Source: Desulfotalea psychrophila LSv54 (GTDB lineage: Bacteria > Desulfobacterota > Desulfobulbia > Desulfobulbales > Desulfocapsaceae). Taken from it: a DNA stretch of 32,000 nt. This document shows, piece after piece, positions 1-9,292 of the stretch. Position 1 is the first letter of the stretch; each line of letters opens with the position of its first letter. Location of the stretch: positions 870,001 to 902,000 of the forward strand of contig NC_006138.1 in NCBI RefSeq assembly GCF_000025945.1. The letters run 5' to 3'. A program made the translations under genes and the position numbers. The notes below the pieces were generated by a model. That model saw only the letters and a list, made by a program, of their open reading frames with translations, was not told the origin of the DNA and searched no databases.

Positions 1-1
1 A

Positions 2-328
2 GATCCAGGTCTTGGCGCTGAAATAACTCAGGATTATTTTCGAAAGCAGTTTAACAAGAAATCTCTTGAGGTGTTGACTCACCTTGGGGTTGTTAAAGAG
101 CCTTTGCCCGTCGAATATCAAAATGCCCTGGAGGGTCGAGTTGATCGGGCAGCGGTGGAGAGTGTCATGGATAAGTACAAGGATCATGATATTTATGCCC
201 TTACCGGTGCGACAATCTCTAGTAATTCTGTAACAACAGGGGTGAAGGCAATTGTTCGAAAATTTGTTTATCGCCTGCGTATATTAGATGGGGTCTTAAA
301 GGCACAGCAGCTTCAGGTTGCCTTTTAA
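2..328 (+). CDS. rnfG: Rnf complex subunit G (FMN-binding), C-terminal part; 5' end lies outside the window
   Basis: The frame is open from the window edge (codons from nt 2) to TAA at 326-328. DPGLGAE near the edge resembles the RnfG/NqrC xTPGLG segment. The covalent-FMN motif T-G-A-T is encoded at nt 203-214 (ALTGATISS). rnfE, rnfA, rnfB and apbE follow. Confidence 0.85.
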   Translation, partial: DPGLGAEITQDYFRKQFNKKSLEVLTHLGVVKEPLPVEYQNALEGRVDRAAVESVMDKYKDHDIYALTGATISSNSVTTGVKAIVRKFVYRLRILDGVLKAQQLQVAF

Positions 329-404
329 ATTGGGATCAAGATGAAAATGATGACATTGCCCTACTGGTCGATGCCTTTAAAACATTTGAGATAGAGGGGA
401 GTCT

Positions 405-1025
405 GTGGCAAATACGAAAACGAGTATGCAGTTGGTGAGTCGGGGCATACTGAGTCAAAATCCAATTTTTAAACTTGCCCTTTCCATGTGTCCTGCCGTG
501 GGTATTTCTACCACTGTAATGAATGGCTTGCTACTTGGAATTGCTGTTTTTTTTGTGCAGGTTTGTTCCAGTGTGACTATTTCTCTTTTTAAGAATAAGA
601 TACATCCACGTATCCGTATTCCAAGCTATACCCTGACTATTGCAACATGGGTTACGGTGATTGATCTGGTGCTTGCGGCGTACCTTCCTGATGCCTACGC
701 CAAGATGGGAATTTTCGTCAAACTGATTGTTGCCTTCGCTATCATTACCATGCGCCTTGAGATGTTTGCCAGTAAGGAAGACGTTAAGGACTCCTTTTGG
801 GATGGTGTCGGTATGGGACTTGGCTTTATGGTTGGTATGATGGCCATCGGCTTTGTGCGTGAGCTTTTAGGATTAGGAACCCTGTTTGGTTATGATATAT
901 TGGGCTTTAAACCCCTGCTCTTTTTTGTTTTACCAAGCGCCGGTTTCTTTGTGGTGGGCTTGATGATGGCCTTCTTTAATTGGATTGAAATTGCCTATAA
1001 GCGTAGAAAGGGGCTACAGTCATGA
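405..1025 (+). CDS. rnfE: Rnf complex subunit E (NqrD/RnfE family polytopic membrane protein)
   Basis: 206 aa and very hydrophobic. The N-terminus NPIFKLALSMCPAVGIS is typical of RnfE/NqrD. GTG start preceded by GAGGGGA; an alternative ATG lies at 426. The stop overlaps the next start (ATGA at 1022-1025). Confidence 0.9.
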   Translation: MANTKTSMQLVSRGILSQNPIFKLALSMCPAVGISTTVMNGLLLGIAVFFVQVCSSVTISLFKNKIHPRIRIPSYTLTIATWVTVIDLVLAAYLPDAYAKMGIFVKLIVAFAIITMRLEMFASKEDVKDSFWDGVGMGLGFMVGMMAIGFVRELLGLGTLFGYDILGFKPLLFFVLPSAGFFVVGLMMAFFNWIEIAYKRRKGLQS

Positions 1026-1960
1026 TGAAATTTTCATTACGTTCTTTTGTGTGTGCAGTTCTGTTGGCTCTGCTCTTGCCTGCTGTGGGTTACGGTCAAG
1101 ATCTTATAAAGGAGCAGAGCTTTGGTAAGGACGATAGCATTGTATTGGATTTTGCCCTGCCTGTAGATCAAGTAGCTGCTGCCAAGGTAAGTAACTATAC
1201 CGTCTTTGAAGAGAATGATCCTGATATTCGCCTGGCCATAAAATCGGCGGATGTTCTGCAGGGTGGATCCCAGGTTGTGTTGAACTTTGCTGAGCCACTC
1301 AATACGACACAGGCCCATATTGTCCAGATTACCAATCTGGCAGATGACAGGTTGACCACCCGGGTGAGTAAATCCTATCTTGCCTATCTCTTTTCTATTT
1401 TAATCTCGGCACTCTTGATTAATAACTTTGTCTTTACCAAATACCTCGGTCTCTGTGTATTTTTTGGTACATCAAAGCGAAAGAGTACGGCAAAGGGTAT
1501 GGGCGTAGTCTTCACCATTGTTATGGTGGTTTCAGCCTGTATGAGTTGGTTCTTCTATCAGTATTTCCTGATACCGTATGATCTCAACTTCTTACAAATT
1601 TTAGTCTTTATCGGCCTTGTTTCTCTTACTGTTCAGGCGGTTGATACAGTTCTGCGTAAGGTGAATCCTGTCCTGTTCAACTCCTTTGGAGTGTATCTTG
1701 TTCTGGTTATTGCCAACTGTGTAATTATTGCTGTTCCGCTTATTGTTGCCAATAATAACTACAATATATTTGAAACAATCATGCTCTCCCTTGGTGCTGG
1801 TGGTGGTTTCTTGTTGGCTCTTTATTTGATGAGTTCCGTAAGTGAGCGTCTTGCTCTTGCTAAGATACCGCCCAGCTTTAAGGGTTTGCCCGTAGCATTT
1901 ATTGTGGCAGGTCAGTTTGCCATGGCCTTTCTTGGCTTTTCAGGCTTACAGATTTTTTAG
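1022..1960 (+). CDS. rnfA: Rnf complex subunit A with an in-frame N-terminal extension (signal peptide plus ~90 aa soluble domain)
   Basis: Residues ~115-312 are a full-length RnfA/NqrE core (LINNFVFTKYLGLCVFFG ... VIANCVIIAV ... GLPVAFIVAGQFAMAFLGFSG). Residues 1-25 look like a Sec signal peptide (MMKFSLRSFVCAVLLALLLPAVGYG). No stop separates the extension from the core. An internal GTG at 1364 would give a canonical 199-aa RnfA but has no SD. Confidence 0.9.
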   Translation: MMKFSLRSFVCAVLLALLLPAVGYGQDLIKEQSFGKDDSIVLDFALPVDQVAAAKVSNYTVFEENDPDIRLAIKSADVLQGGSQVVLNFAEPLNTTQAHIVQITNLADDRLTTRVSKSYLAYLFSILISALLINNFVFTKYLGLCVFFGTSKRKSTAKGMGVVFTIVMVVSACMSWFFYQYFLIPYDLNFLQILVFIGLVSLTVQAVDTVLRKVNPVLFNSFGVYLVLVIANCVIIAVPLIVANNNYNIFETIMLSLGAGGGFLLALYLMSSVSERLALAKIPPSFKGLPVAFIVAGQFAMAFLGFSGLQIF

Positions 1961-2034
1961 TGGCATCGGCTGTAATGAGGCAGGGAAAGCTGAGCTGATT
2001 TTATCCTTCTCAACCAAAGGTAAAAATATTTAAA

Positions 2035-2910
2035 ATGGATGTAGAACTTGTAAAAATAGCACTTGGTGGCGTTGCTCTATTGGGTTGTATAGGTCTGTTT
2101 TTTGGTATTGGCCTTGCCATTGCAGCTCATAAGTTTGCGGTGGAAGTAAATCCTCTCATTGAAGAGGTGTTAGAGTCTTTGCCTATGGCCCAATGTGGTG
2201 GTTGTGGTTATGCCGGTTGCGAGGGGTATGCAATTGCGGTGGTAAATGATCCCGATGTGCCACCAAATCTCTGCTTTCCAGGTAAGGAGGCTGTGGCGGA
2301 GGCTGTGGCAGAACTTACAGGCAAGAAGATGACTGCTGTCGAAGATCAGATTGCCCTTGTGCGTTGTTCTCGTGAAGAGGGCAGGGTGAGTCATAAGCAT
2401 GAGTATATCGGTTTTTCCTCATGCACTGCGGCAAACCTTGGCTTTGGTGGTCCTTCAAAGTGTAATTACGCCTGTATTGGCCTCGGAGAATGTGCCGATG
2501 CCTGTCCTTTCGATGCTATTACCATGGTGGAGAACTTTCCTGTTGTTGATTCTAATAAGTGCGTGAGCTGTGGGGTCTGTGTTCGTACCTGTCCTAAAAA
2601 TATTATCGAGCTACAGACACTGAAGGCGCGGGTCTATGTGCCCTGTTCTACCAAGGATCTTGGCAAAAACGTCAAGGCTGTCTGTGAGGTGGGATGTATC
2701 GGTTGTAAGATCTGTGTTAAAGTTTGTCCTGCTGATGCCGTGAGCTATATAGACGGTAATGTGGTTATTGATCACGTGGCCTGCATAGCCTATGGACCAA
2801 GCTGCGAGGAAATTTGTGTTGCTAAATGTCCACGAAAAATTTTCCGTAATTACGACAGTCCTCTTGTTATCAGTAGCAAGAAGGATGGTGGACTTAAGAT
2901 GGCCGGTTAG
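2035..2910 (+). CDS. rnfB: Rnf complex subunit B, polyferredoxin type
   Basis: N-terminal TM helix, then the CGGCGYAGCEGYA Fe-S motif typical of RnfB. Several CxxCxxCxxxCP ferredoxin motifs follow (CVSCGVCVRTCP, CIGCKICVKVCP). Confidence 0.92.
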   Translation: MDVELVKIALGGVALLGCIGLFFGIGLAIAAHKFAVEVNPLIEEVLESLPMAQCGGCGYAGCEGYAIAVVNDPDVPPNLCFPGKEAVAEAVAELTGKKMTAVEDQIALVRCSREEGRVSHKHEYIGFSSCTAANLGFGGPSKCNYACIGLGECADACPFDAITMVENFPVVDSNKCVSCGVCVRTCPKNIIELQTLKARVYVPCSTKDLGKNVKAVCEVGCIGCKICVKVCPADAVSYIDGNVVIDHVACIAYGPSCEEICVAKCPRKIFRNYDSPLVISSKKDGGLKMAG

Positions 2911-3054
2911 TCTGGCTGGCGTATGCGGGGAGTTTGAAAAAAAGATATTAATGCGATAGCTTTAAATATGGCTGGTCGTTGTGTCAGCATGAAGTTCTGT
3001 CTTTTTAGAGGGGCAGAGGTTCCGATAATGAAAGCGATATAGGAATGTGATAAT

Positions 3055-4092
3055 ATGAAAAATAGTCAGGCGTCATGTGATAAGAAGCGTAGATCATTTT
3101 TGAAAATGTCCGGTATTTTGGGGATGAGTGCCCTTGCCACGAGTCTTCTTCCTGTGGAGAGAAGTGAGGCATTACCTTTTACCTCAACAGAGTATAAGGT
3201 AACTAAAACCCGGCTTGCCATGGGCACCTTTGTTGCCATTACTGCTATTCACTCTTCCCGTGATGAGGCAGAAAATGCAATTGGTCTTGCCTTTGAAGAG
3301 ATTGATCGACTCAATAATGTCTTGTCACGTTATAAGCAGAGTACTGCTGTTTCAGAGCTTAACGCGGAAGGCGTATTAAAGAATCCATCCCTGGAAATAC
3401 AGGAGATGATTGGTCGCTCCCTCTATTTTCATCGGCAAACAGCAGGGGCCTTTGATATTACCGTTGGCCCTCTGATTGATCTCTATAAGGAATCTTTTGC
3501 CAAGGCTCAGCAACCAGGTGATGCTGAGATAAAAGAGGTACTGCAGCGTATCGGTTCCCAGCATCTTCGTTTTGAAGGAAGTGGCATTGCCATGGCTCGT
3601 CCCGGTATGAGTATAACCCTTGATGGTATTGGTAAGGGCTATGTGGTTGACCGTGCCTCCGAGGTGCTTGTCCAAAACGGGGTGACAAATCATCTGATCA
3701 ATGCCGGTGGAGATATCAGGGCCAGTGGTAATGCGGCTAAGGGACGTCCTTGGACCATTGCCATTCAGGATCCCAATAAGCATAAAGATTATCCTGATAT
3801 TATTACCATGACCGATGGTGCCATTGCCACCTCGGGTAATTATGAGATTTTTTATGATCGGGAAAAGATCTTTCATCATATTGTTAACTCTAAGACTGGG
3901 CATTCACCACAGTTTCTGACCAGTGCCTCCATAACAGCAAAAACCGTTATGGATGCCGATGCAATGGCCACTGCGGTCTTTGTAATGGAACCTAAGGATG
4001 CCATGGTCTTTATTGAAAATCAGTCTGAGAGTGAGTGCTTTCTCATTGGTGAAGATAAAAAAATTGCGAAATCGTCCGGCTGGCAGGTGTAG
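3055..4092 (+). CDS. apbE: FAD:protein FMN transferase ApbE with a Tat signal
   Basis: Twin-arginine motif RRSFLKMSG near the N-terminus. ApbE family segments ITLDGIGKGYVVD and IATSGNYE. It sits directly after rnfB, and the RnfG TGAT motif upstream is its expected substrate. Confidence 0.9.
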   Translation: MKNSQASCDKKRRSFLKMSGILGMSALATSLLPVERSEALPFTSTEYKVTKTRLAMGTFVAITAIHSSRDEAENAIGLAFEEIDRLNNVLSRYKQSTAVSELNAEGVLKNPSLEIQEMIGRSLYFHRQTAGAFDITVGPLIDLYKESFAKAQQPGDAEIKEVLQRIGSQHLRFEGSGIAMARPGMSITLDGIGKGYVVDRASEVLVQNGVTNHLINAGGDIRASGNAAKGRPWTIAIQDPNKHKDYPDIITMTDGAIATSGNYEIFYDREKIFHHIVNSKTGHSPQFLTSASITAKTVMDADAMATAVFVMEPKDAMVFIENQSESECFLIGEDKKIAKSSGWQV

Positions 4093-4122
4093 TTCCAGTC
4101 CAGAAGAGAGCAGGCAGTTGCA

Positions 4123-4159
4123 AGAGGCACAGACCCAGAGTCTGTGCCTCTTTTTTTTT
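4123..4159 (+). terminator. Rho-independent terminator ending the rnf-apbE operon
   Basis: Perfect 12-bp stem: AGAGGCACAGAC (4123-4134) pairs with GTCTGTGCCTCT (4140-4151). 5-nt loop, followed by a run of 9 T. Confidence 0.85.
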
Positions 4160-4301
4160 CTCCGCCTGGGGACTAAGACATATTTCTTAAGAGAGGGCTT
4201 CTCTCTTATAGGAAGTGGTTGTGATATCTTATGCTAGTGCGGGGGCCTTCTTGCCAGGGTCCTCTTCTTTTTGGTCCTGTGCCTTGATATAAAAGTTTAC
4301 A

Positions 4302-5219
4302 GTGGGTAATTCTATGAGCGGTAAGACAGTGTCTTTGGTGTTGGGGAGTGGTGGCGCGAGGGGGCTTGCTCATATAGGAGTTATTCGCTGGCTTACGGAG
4401 CATGACTATCGGATAGAGTCAATAACGGGCTGTTCTGCCGGAGCTGTTGTCGGTGGTGTTTATGCCATTGGTAAGCTGGATATTTTTGAGGCCTGGGTTC
4501 GGCAGATAAAGACCGTTGATATTGTCACCCTGCTGGATGTCTCCTGGGGGCGAGGGGGTTTGGTGAAGGGAGAAAAATTTATCAATACCCTGGTGAATCT
4601 GGTGGGGGATATGCACATTGAAGATCTGCCCATAAAATATACTGCCCTGGCAACGGATATTGGTGCAGGCAAGGAGGTATGGCTCCAGGATGGCAAACTC
4701 TTTAATGCCATTCGAGCATCTATTTCTATTCCGTTACTTTTTGAGCCCTATTGTTATAGGGGGATGCACCTTGTTGATGGCGGTGTCTTGAATCCTGTTC
4801 CCATTGCCCCTACCTTTGCCGATAGTACGGATCTTACCATTGCCGTGAACTTGAATTCAATGAGCTGTGGCCACGAGACAAGCCTGCCTAAGAGCGTCTT
4901 GAAAATACCGGATGCTGTGCCATCGCCCTCTACTATCAGAGAGAAGATAAATAGTTTTATTCAGGAGAGACAGGAAAGCTTCTATAAAAGAGGTGTTGAG
5001 ACAGGTGTGTTGGAGCGTTTGAGCGTTAATGATGTGGCCTTTCAGGCATTTGATGCCATGCAGTCAACCATCGCCCGGCAAAAATTGGCCGCCTATCCTC
5101 CAGACAGGGTGGTAAACGTCTCTCATAATGCCTGTAAGATGCTTGAATTTAACCGGGCAGCTGAGATGATTGAGCTCGGTTATCAGAGGGCGGAGCAATG
5201 TCTTGGGGAAGGGGGATAA
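4302..5219 (+). CDS. Patatin-like phospholipase (RssA-type)
   Basis: GSGGARG oxyanion motif, GCSAG (GxSxG nucleophile) and VDGG (catalytic Asp). The start is either GTG 4302 or ATG 4314. Confidence 0.88.
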   Translation: MGNSMSGKTVSLVLGSGGARGLAHIGVIRWLTEHDYRIESITGCSAGAVVGGVYAIGKLDIFEAWVRQIKTVDIVTLLDVSWGRGGLVKGEKFINTLVNLVGDMHIEDLPIKYTALATDIGAGKEVWLQDGKLFNAIRASISIPLLFEPYCYRGMHLVDGGVLNPVPIAPTFADSTDLTIAVNLNSMSCGHETSLPKSVLKIPDAVPSPSTIREKINSFIQERQESFYKRGVETGVLERLSVNDVAFQAFDAMQSTIARQKLAAYPPDRVVNVSHNACKMLEFNRAAEMIELGYQRAEQCLGEGG

Positions 5220-5220
5220 T

Positions 5221-5244
5221 GCCCCGCCAAGAGATTGGCGGGGC
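5221..5244. terminator. GC-rich hairpin between the convergent patatin and icd genes; possible bidirectional terminator or mRNA 3' stabiliser
   Basis: GCCCCGCCAA-GAGA-TTGGCGGGGC gives a 10-bp perfect stem with a 4-nt loop. It lies between stop codons at 5217-5219 (+) and 5251-5253 (-). There is no U-tract on either strand, hence moderate confidence. Confidence 0.5.
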
Positions 5245-5250
5245 AGTCTC

Positions 5251-6459
5251 TTACTTGTTGAGCTGTTGCAATCTTTTGCCGAGCTCATCAATGAACTCAA
5301 TAGAGTCAAGGACCTTGATAGCGGCTGGTTCGCATATTCTGGCCAAATCTCCGGTCATGTATCCGCTCTCAATGCATTCGATAGTTATTGCTTCCAAGCT
5401 ATCACAGAAGGCGCATAAATCTGGGGTGCCATCAAGTTCACCTCTTTTTCTCAGAGCACCTGTCCAGGCGTAGATAAGGGCTACGGGGTTGGTAGAGGTT
5501 CTTTCGCCCTTGAGGTGTTGATAATAATGACGTTGGACGGTGCCGTGGGCGGCCTCATACTCAAAATAGCCGTAGGGGGAGACAAGTACGGAGGACATCA
5601 TGGCCAGGGAGCCAAAGGCGGAGGCCACCATGTCGCTCATCACATCGCCATCATAGTTTTTGCAGGCCCAGAGCATGCCACCCTCTGTCTTCATCATCCG
5701 GGCAACAACGTCGTCGATAAGGGTGTAAAAATATTCGATACCGGCTGCGGCGAATTTTTCTTTGTACTCCTGCGCAAAGATCTCTTCAAAGATAATTTTG
5801 AAACGCTGGTCGTACTGTTTCGAAATGGTATCCTTGGTGGCAAACCAGCAGTCAATTTTTTGATCAAGAGAGTATTCAAAGCAGGCCCTGGCAAAGTGGC
5901 CGATGGAGGCGACGGTGTTGTGGATGCCCTGAACAATGGCTGGCTCATCCACCTCCATGATGGTTTGACGGGTTTCTTTGCCATTTTTGTCGGTGACAAC
6001 TATTTCAAGCTTTCCACCGGCCTCGGCAAAAATTTCGGCATTCTTGTAAAAATCGCCATAGGCATGTCGTCCCACCACAATGGGCTTCTGCCAAGAGCGT
6101 ACAGAGGGCTTGATGTTCTTTACCATGATGGGTTTGCGGAACACCGTTCCATCGAGCATGGCGCGAACGGTGGCGTTGGGTGACTTCCACTGCTCCTTGA
6201 GACCGTATTCCTCTACTCGATCCTGGTTGGGGGTGATGGTCGCGTTTTTAACCCCAACACCATATTTCTTGATGGCCTCTGCCGCGTCAATGGTGATCTG
6301 ATCGTTTGTTCTGTCTCTCTCTTCGATGCCCAGATCGTAGTATTCTGTTTGTAAGTCGATAAATGGCAGGAGCAACTTATCCTTGATAAGGGGCCAAAGA
6401 ACTCTGGTCATTTCATCGCCATCAAGCTCCACGAGTGGAGTTTTCATTTGTATCTTCAT
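5251..6459 (-). CDS. icd: NADP-dependent isocitrate dehydrogenase, homodimeric eukaryote-like (subfamily II) type
   Basis: 402 aa. Segments [34 protein letters not shown] and [11 protein letters not shown] match IDH1/IDH2-type enzymes. SD AGGTGA precedes the ATG. Confidence 0.93.
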   Translation of the reverse strand: MKIQMKTPLVELDGDEMTRVLWPLIKDKLLLPFIDLQTEYYDLGIEERDRTNDQITIDAAEAIKKYGVGVKNATITPNQDRVEEYGLKEQWKSPNATVRAMLDGTVFRKPIMVKNIKPSVRSWQKPIVVGRHAYGDFYKNAEIFAEAGGKLEIVVTDKNGKETRQTIMEVDEPAIVQGIHNTVASIGHFARACFEYSLDQKIDCWFATKDTISKQYDQRFKIIFEEIFAQEYKEKFAAAGIEYFYTLIDDVVARMMKTEGGMLWACKNYDGDVMSDMVASAFGSLAMMSSVLVSPYGYFEYEAAHGTVQRHYYQHLKGERTSTNPVALIYAWTGALRKRGELDGTPDLCAFCDSLEAITIECIESGYMTGDLARICEPAAIKVLDSIEFIDELGKRLQQLNK

Positions 6460-6520
6460 TTTATCACCTACGGGTTGAACGTTTACAGAAAGAGACAGAG
6501 CTTTGCTAGCTTCTGCCGGG

Positions 6521-7900
6521 CTAGTTTTTGAAGCTATGGATTGGCGCAGGTATTCTGCCGCCCCACTGAATAAAACGGCTGGATTTGCCTATATTGTTGA
6601 TAGGCATAATAGGGCTTGCCCCGAAGAGGCCACCAAAACTTACATGATCTCCTACTTCCTTGCCGGGAACAGGAATGAGGCGGGCGGCGGTGGTCTTGCC
6701 GTTGATCATTCCCAGGGCCATTTCATCGGCAATGATTGCTGAGATAGTTTCTGCATCAACGGAGCCGGGGATGGCTATCATATCCAGGCCGACGGAGCAG
6801 ACGCAGGTCATAGCCTCAAGTTTTTCAATACAGAGAGAACCATCTCCTACTGCCTCTGCAAGAACGGCATCTTCCATTACAGGGATAAAGGCGCCACTGA
6901 GACCACCTACGGTCTTACTGGCGAAGATACCACCTTTTTTGACGGCATCGTTGAGCATGGCAAGTATTGCAGTTGAACCAGGTGCGCCCACGGAATCAAC
7001 TCCAAGAATTTTGAAGATCTCACCAACACTGTCACCAATAGCAGGGGTTGGGGCAAGGCTGAGGTCGACAACACCAAACTCAATACCAAGTTTTTTAGAA
7101 ACCTGACGACCGATAAGCTCACCGCATCTGGTAACACGGAAGGTGGTTTGCTTGATCTCTTCGGCAAGTCGATCAAGGGTGAGGGTCTTGTCGGTATCCT
7201 TGGCAATGAGGCGCTCAAGGGCACGGGCAATAACGCCGGGGCCACTGACACCGACATTGAGCACCACATCTGCCTCTTCAAGGCCATGGATGGCGCCAGC
7301 CATAAATGGATTGTCACCGGGCTGGTTGCAGAAGACAACAAATTTTGCAGCACCAAAACCATTTTGATCTTTGGTGATCTCGGCAAGATCTTTTACTGTG
7401 CGACCAATCATGGCCAGGGCATCCATATTGATACCCTTGTGGGTGGTGGCAATATTGATGGATGCGCAAACTTTTGTGGTGGCGGCCAGGGCCTCGGGGA
7501 TGGAGGCAATGTACTCTTTGTCCGTTGCGGTCATGCCCTTCTCTACCTGAGCGGAAAATCCACCGAGGATATCAACACCTACAGCAGTTGCGGCTCGGTC
7601 GAGGCTTTTGGCAAGTTCTATAAAACCATCTTTGTCAAAACCTGCGCCGACAAAGGCGATGGGGGTAACGGAAATGCGTTTGTTGACAACGGGAATGCCG
7701 TAGGTCTTGCTCACCTCGTTACAAGTCGCAACAAAGTTTCCTGCATAGTGCTGAATTCTCTCTTCGATTCGTCTACAGGTCTCAGCGACGTCACCGCCTC
7801 TGCAGTCAAGCAGGTTGATACCCATGGTCACTGTTCGTACGTCAAGATTTTCTTTTTGAATCATCTCGACGGTTGCAAGTATTTGGTCTGAATGTAGCAT
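6521..7900 (-). CDS. UPF0210 / DUF711 (PFL-like) family protein of unknown function
   Basis: 459 aa. The N-terminus [27 protein letters not shown] and the overall length match my memory of the UPF0210 family. It lies immediately downstream of an ACT-domain gene, the family's usual partner. Confidence 0.8.
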   Translation of the reverse strand: MLHSDQILATVEMIQKENLDVRTVTMGINLLDCRGGDVAETCRRIEERIQHYAGNFVATCNEVSKTYGIPVVNKRISVTPIAFVGAGFDKDGFIELAKSLDRAATAVGVDILGGFSAQVEKGMTATDKEYIASIPEALAATTKVCASINIATTHKGINMDALAMIGRTVKDLAEITKDQNGFGAAKFVVFCNQPGDNPFMAGAIHGLEEADVVLNVGVSGPGVIARALERLIAKDTDKTLTLDRLAEEIKQTTFRVTRCGELIGRQVSKKLGIEFGVVDLSLAPTPAIGDSVGEIFKILGVDSVGAPGSTAILAMLNDAVKKGGIFASKTVGGLSGAFIPVMEDAVLAEAVGDGSLCIEKLEAMTCVCSVGLDMIAIPGSVDAETISAIIADEMALGMINGKTTAARLIPVPGKEVGDHVSFGGLFGASPIMPINNIGKSSRFIQWGGRIPAPIHSFKN

Positions 7901-7933
7901 TTTTTTTATCTTTTTATGGTAGAGGAATCGTTG

Positions 7934-8491
7934 TTAGCGAAGTGTTACTTCGTTGGTTACTTGAAAAATATCGTTGTGCTGCAATACTATTTGCAGACCA
8001 CTGTCCCGGTTATAACGAGCCAGATCTTTTTCTATTGCGTTAATTCCCGTTGATTTTGTCAGATCCAGTTGCAGTGCCATGGTGTAGATGCCATTTCTAA
8101 GGTTGGTAGACAGGTCGATGATGTTCATCTTGTGAGCATGACAAAATTGGCTGACCCCATGAACAAGGCCTTTTTTATTGGGGCTCTGTACGGTCATCAC
8201 ATAGGTCTCTGTCGGTTTTTCTGGTTGGGCCAGATCTATATCACCTGCGACCTCTTTAACGGATACTTCAAATCGATCTGTGGTGTTAATCTGGTAAAGT
8301 TCTGCCAGAATATCTTCGCGACTGACATCACCTTCAAAAGTGGCGCTGACGATCATGGTGAAATAGCCACAGACCACGGATTGGTTGATATCAGCAAGAT
8401 CGCCGTTAAGAGAAAAAATTGCTCCGGTTACTTCCGCAACAATGCCTGATCTGTCCTTTGACATGACTGAGATAATCATTTGTTTTTTCAT
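7934..8491 (-). CDS. Tandem ACT-domain protein (GcvR-like / UPF0237-related)
   Basis: 185 aa with two ACT-like repeats: IISVMSKDRSGIVAEVTGAIFSLNGDLADI and YVMTVQSPNKKGLVHGVSQFCHAHKMNIIDL. It lies 33 nt upstream of the UPF0210 gene on the same strand. Confidence 0.75.
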   Translation of the reverse strand: MKKQMIISVMSKDRSGIVAEVTGAIFSLNGDLADINQSVVCGYFTMIVSATFEGDVSREDILAELYQINTTDRFEVSVKEVAGDIDLAQPEKPTETYVMTVQSPNKKGLVHGVSQFCHAHKMNIIDLSTNLRNGIYTMALQLDLTKSTGINAIEKDLARYNRDSGLQIVLQHNDIFQVTNEVTLR

Positions 8492-8777
8492 GGTATTACT
8501 GTTTTTTTTTGTTGGTCTGATTGAGGGTTTGGCTTCGTTTTTTCTCTCTCTTACAGAGACTCAATATATAATATGGCACGCTTTTTCGAAATCAGCAAGA
8601 AAGAACCCGACGGGGGTGAAAAAATGCCGATTATGGAGCTGGCCAATGTCTGTTAATATTTACCCTAGGATAGCGACTTGCTCTGAAGGTTCATTGGAAA
8701 TCTCGTGGGGAACACCTATAATTGTGTGTATGTCGTAAAAGAGAGTCTGTCGTTGCTTAATTCTAAGGGGGAAAGGG

Positions 8778-9251
8778 ATGAAAAATGTGCTTGTTGTAGC
8801 AGTTGTTGCTCTTCAGATAGTTGGCTGTGTGGCCAGTGGTCACTATGGGAAGTTTGTTCAAGATAGCCGGGTGCAAAATGTCTTTGAACATCTGCAGATG
8901 CCAAAGTCATACGCCTATTACTATAACGGCCCGGAAAAAAATCCGACGGCAATTATTGGTATTGTAAAGGGCTTTACTGTGCAGAGCTCTTTCTGGCATC
9001 CGGTAAACCTTACCAAGAAGCAGATGAGCTATTGGTTGGGGAATATTCGAACCGAATGGTTTGATGCTGTCGGTGCCAATCGCGAGGGCTATGCCAACAA
9101 TGGTTGGCGTCTTATAGCCCCCGATGGGCGAGAGGCCGGTATTCTCTTTTCCAAGTATAAACGAGTTGTTGCCACCTTCTCTGCCGACGGCATTATTGGT
9201 CTCAGTGTGCCTCAACCATGGGCAGGCAGCTCTCGCTGGCACGATGAGTAG
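8778..9251 (+). CDS. Hypothetical lipoprotein
   Basis: Strong SD (GGGGGAAAGGG before the ATG). Signal peptide with lipobox IVG-C (Cys17). I recognise no family. Confidence 0.7.
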   Translation: MKNVLVVAVVALQIVGCVASGHYGKFVQDSRVQNVFEHLQMPKSYAYYYNGPEKNPTAIIGIVKGFTVQSSFWHPVNLTKKQMSYWLGNIRTEWFDAVGANREGYANNGWRLIAPDGREAGILFSKYKRVVATFSADGIIGLSVPQPWAGSSRWHDE

Positions 9252-9273
9252 TGGCAATGCTGCTGTTATGGCT

Positions 9274-9292
9274 AAAAAACGGGCGTTTTTTT
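9274..9292 (+). terminator. Weak A-tract/hairpin/T-tract element after the lipoprotein gene
   Basis: AAAAAAC-GGGC-GTTTTTT followed by more T. The stem is almost entirely A-U, so it is marginal. Confidence 0.25.

Noticed and set aside
4188-4208. Second hairpin TAAGAGAG-GGCTT-CTCTCTTA after the apbE terminator
   Set aside because: It is an 8-bp A/G-rich stem without a U-tract on either strand. It lies in the promoter region of the patatin gene, and no function can be argued from sequence alone.
5515-6183. Long ORFs antisense to real genes. These are 5515-6183(+), 7148-7891(+), 13936-14457(-), 20259-20948(-), 28040-28657(-), 28663-29328(-) and 22483-22971(-).
   Set aside because: Each lies fully inside and opposite a gene with unmistakable family motifs (icd, UPF0210, metG, dnaG, dsrA, dsrB, rpoD). 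Their products are low-complexity or unrecognisable, and they lack SDs. They are typical shadow ORFs caused by codon bias of the sense gene.
8574-8588. Sigma-54-like TGGCAC motif upstream of the lipoprotein gene
   Set aside because: TGGCAC is present. However, the -12 element reads TTCG instead of TTGC, so GG-N10 lands on CG rather than GC. The site is also ~190 nt from the ATG. This is not enough for a call.
8385-8738. 117-aa plus-strand ORF spanning the start of the ACT gene and the spacer
   Set aside because: Its hydrophobic stretch is simply the translation of a T-run in the divergent promoter region. It overlaps the real ACT gene start, has no SD and has no recognisable domain.
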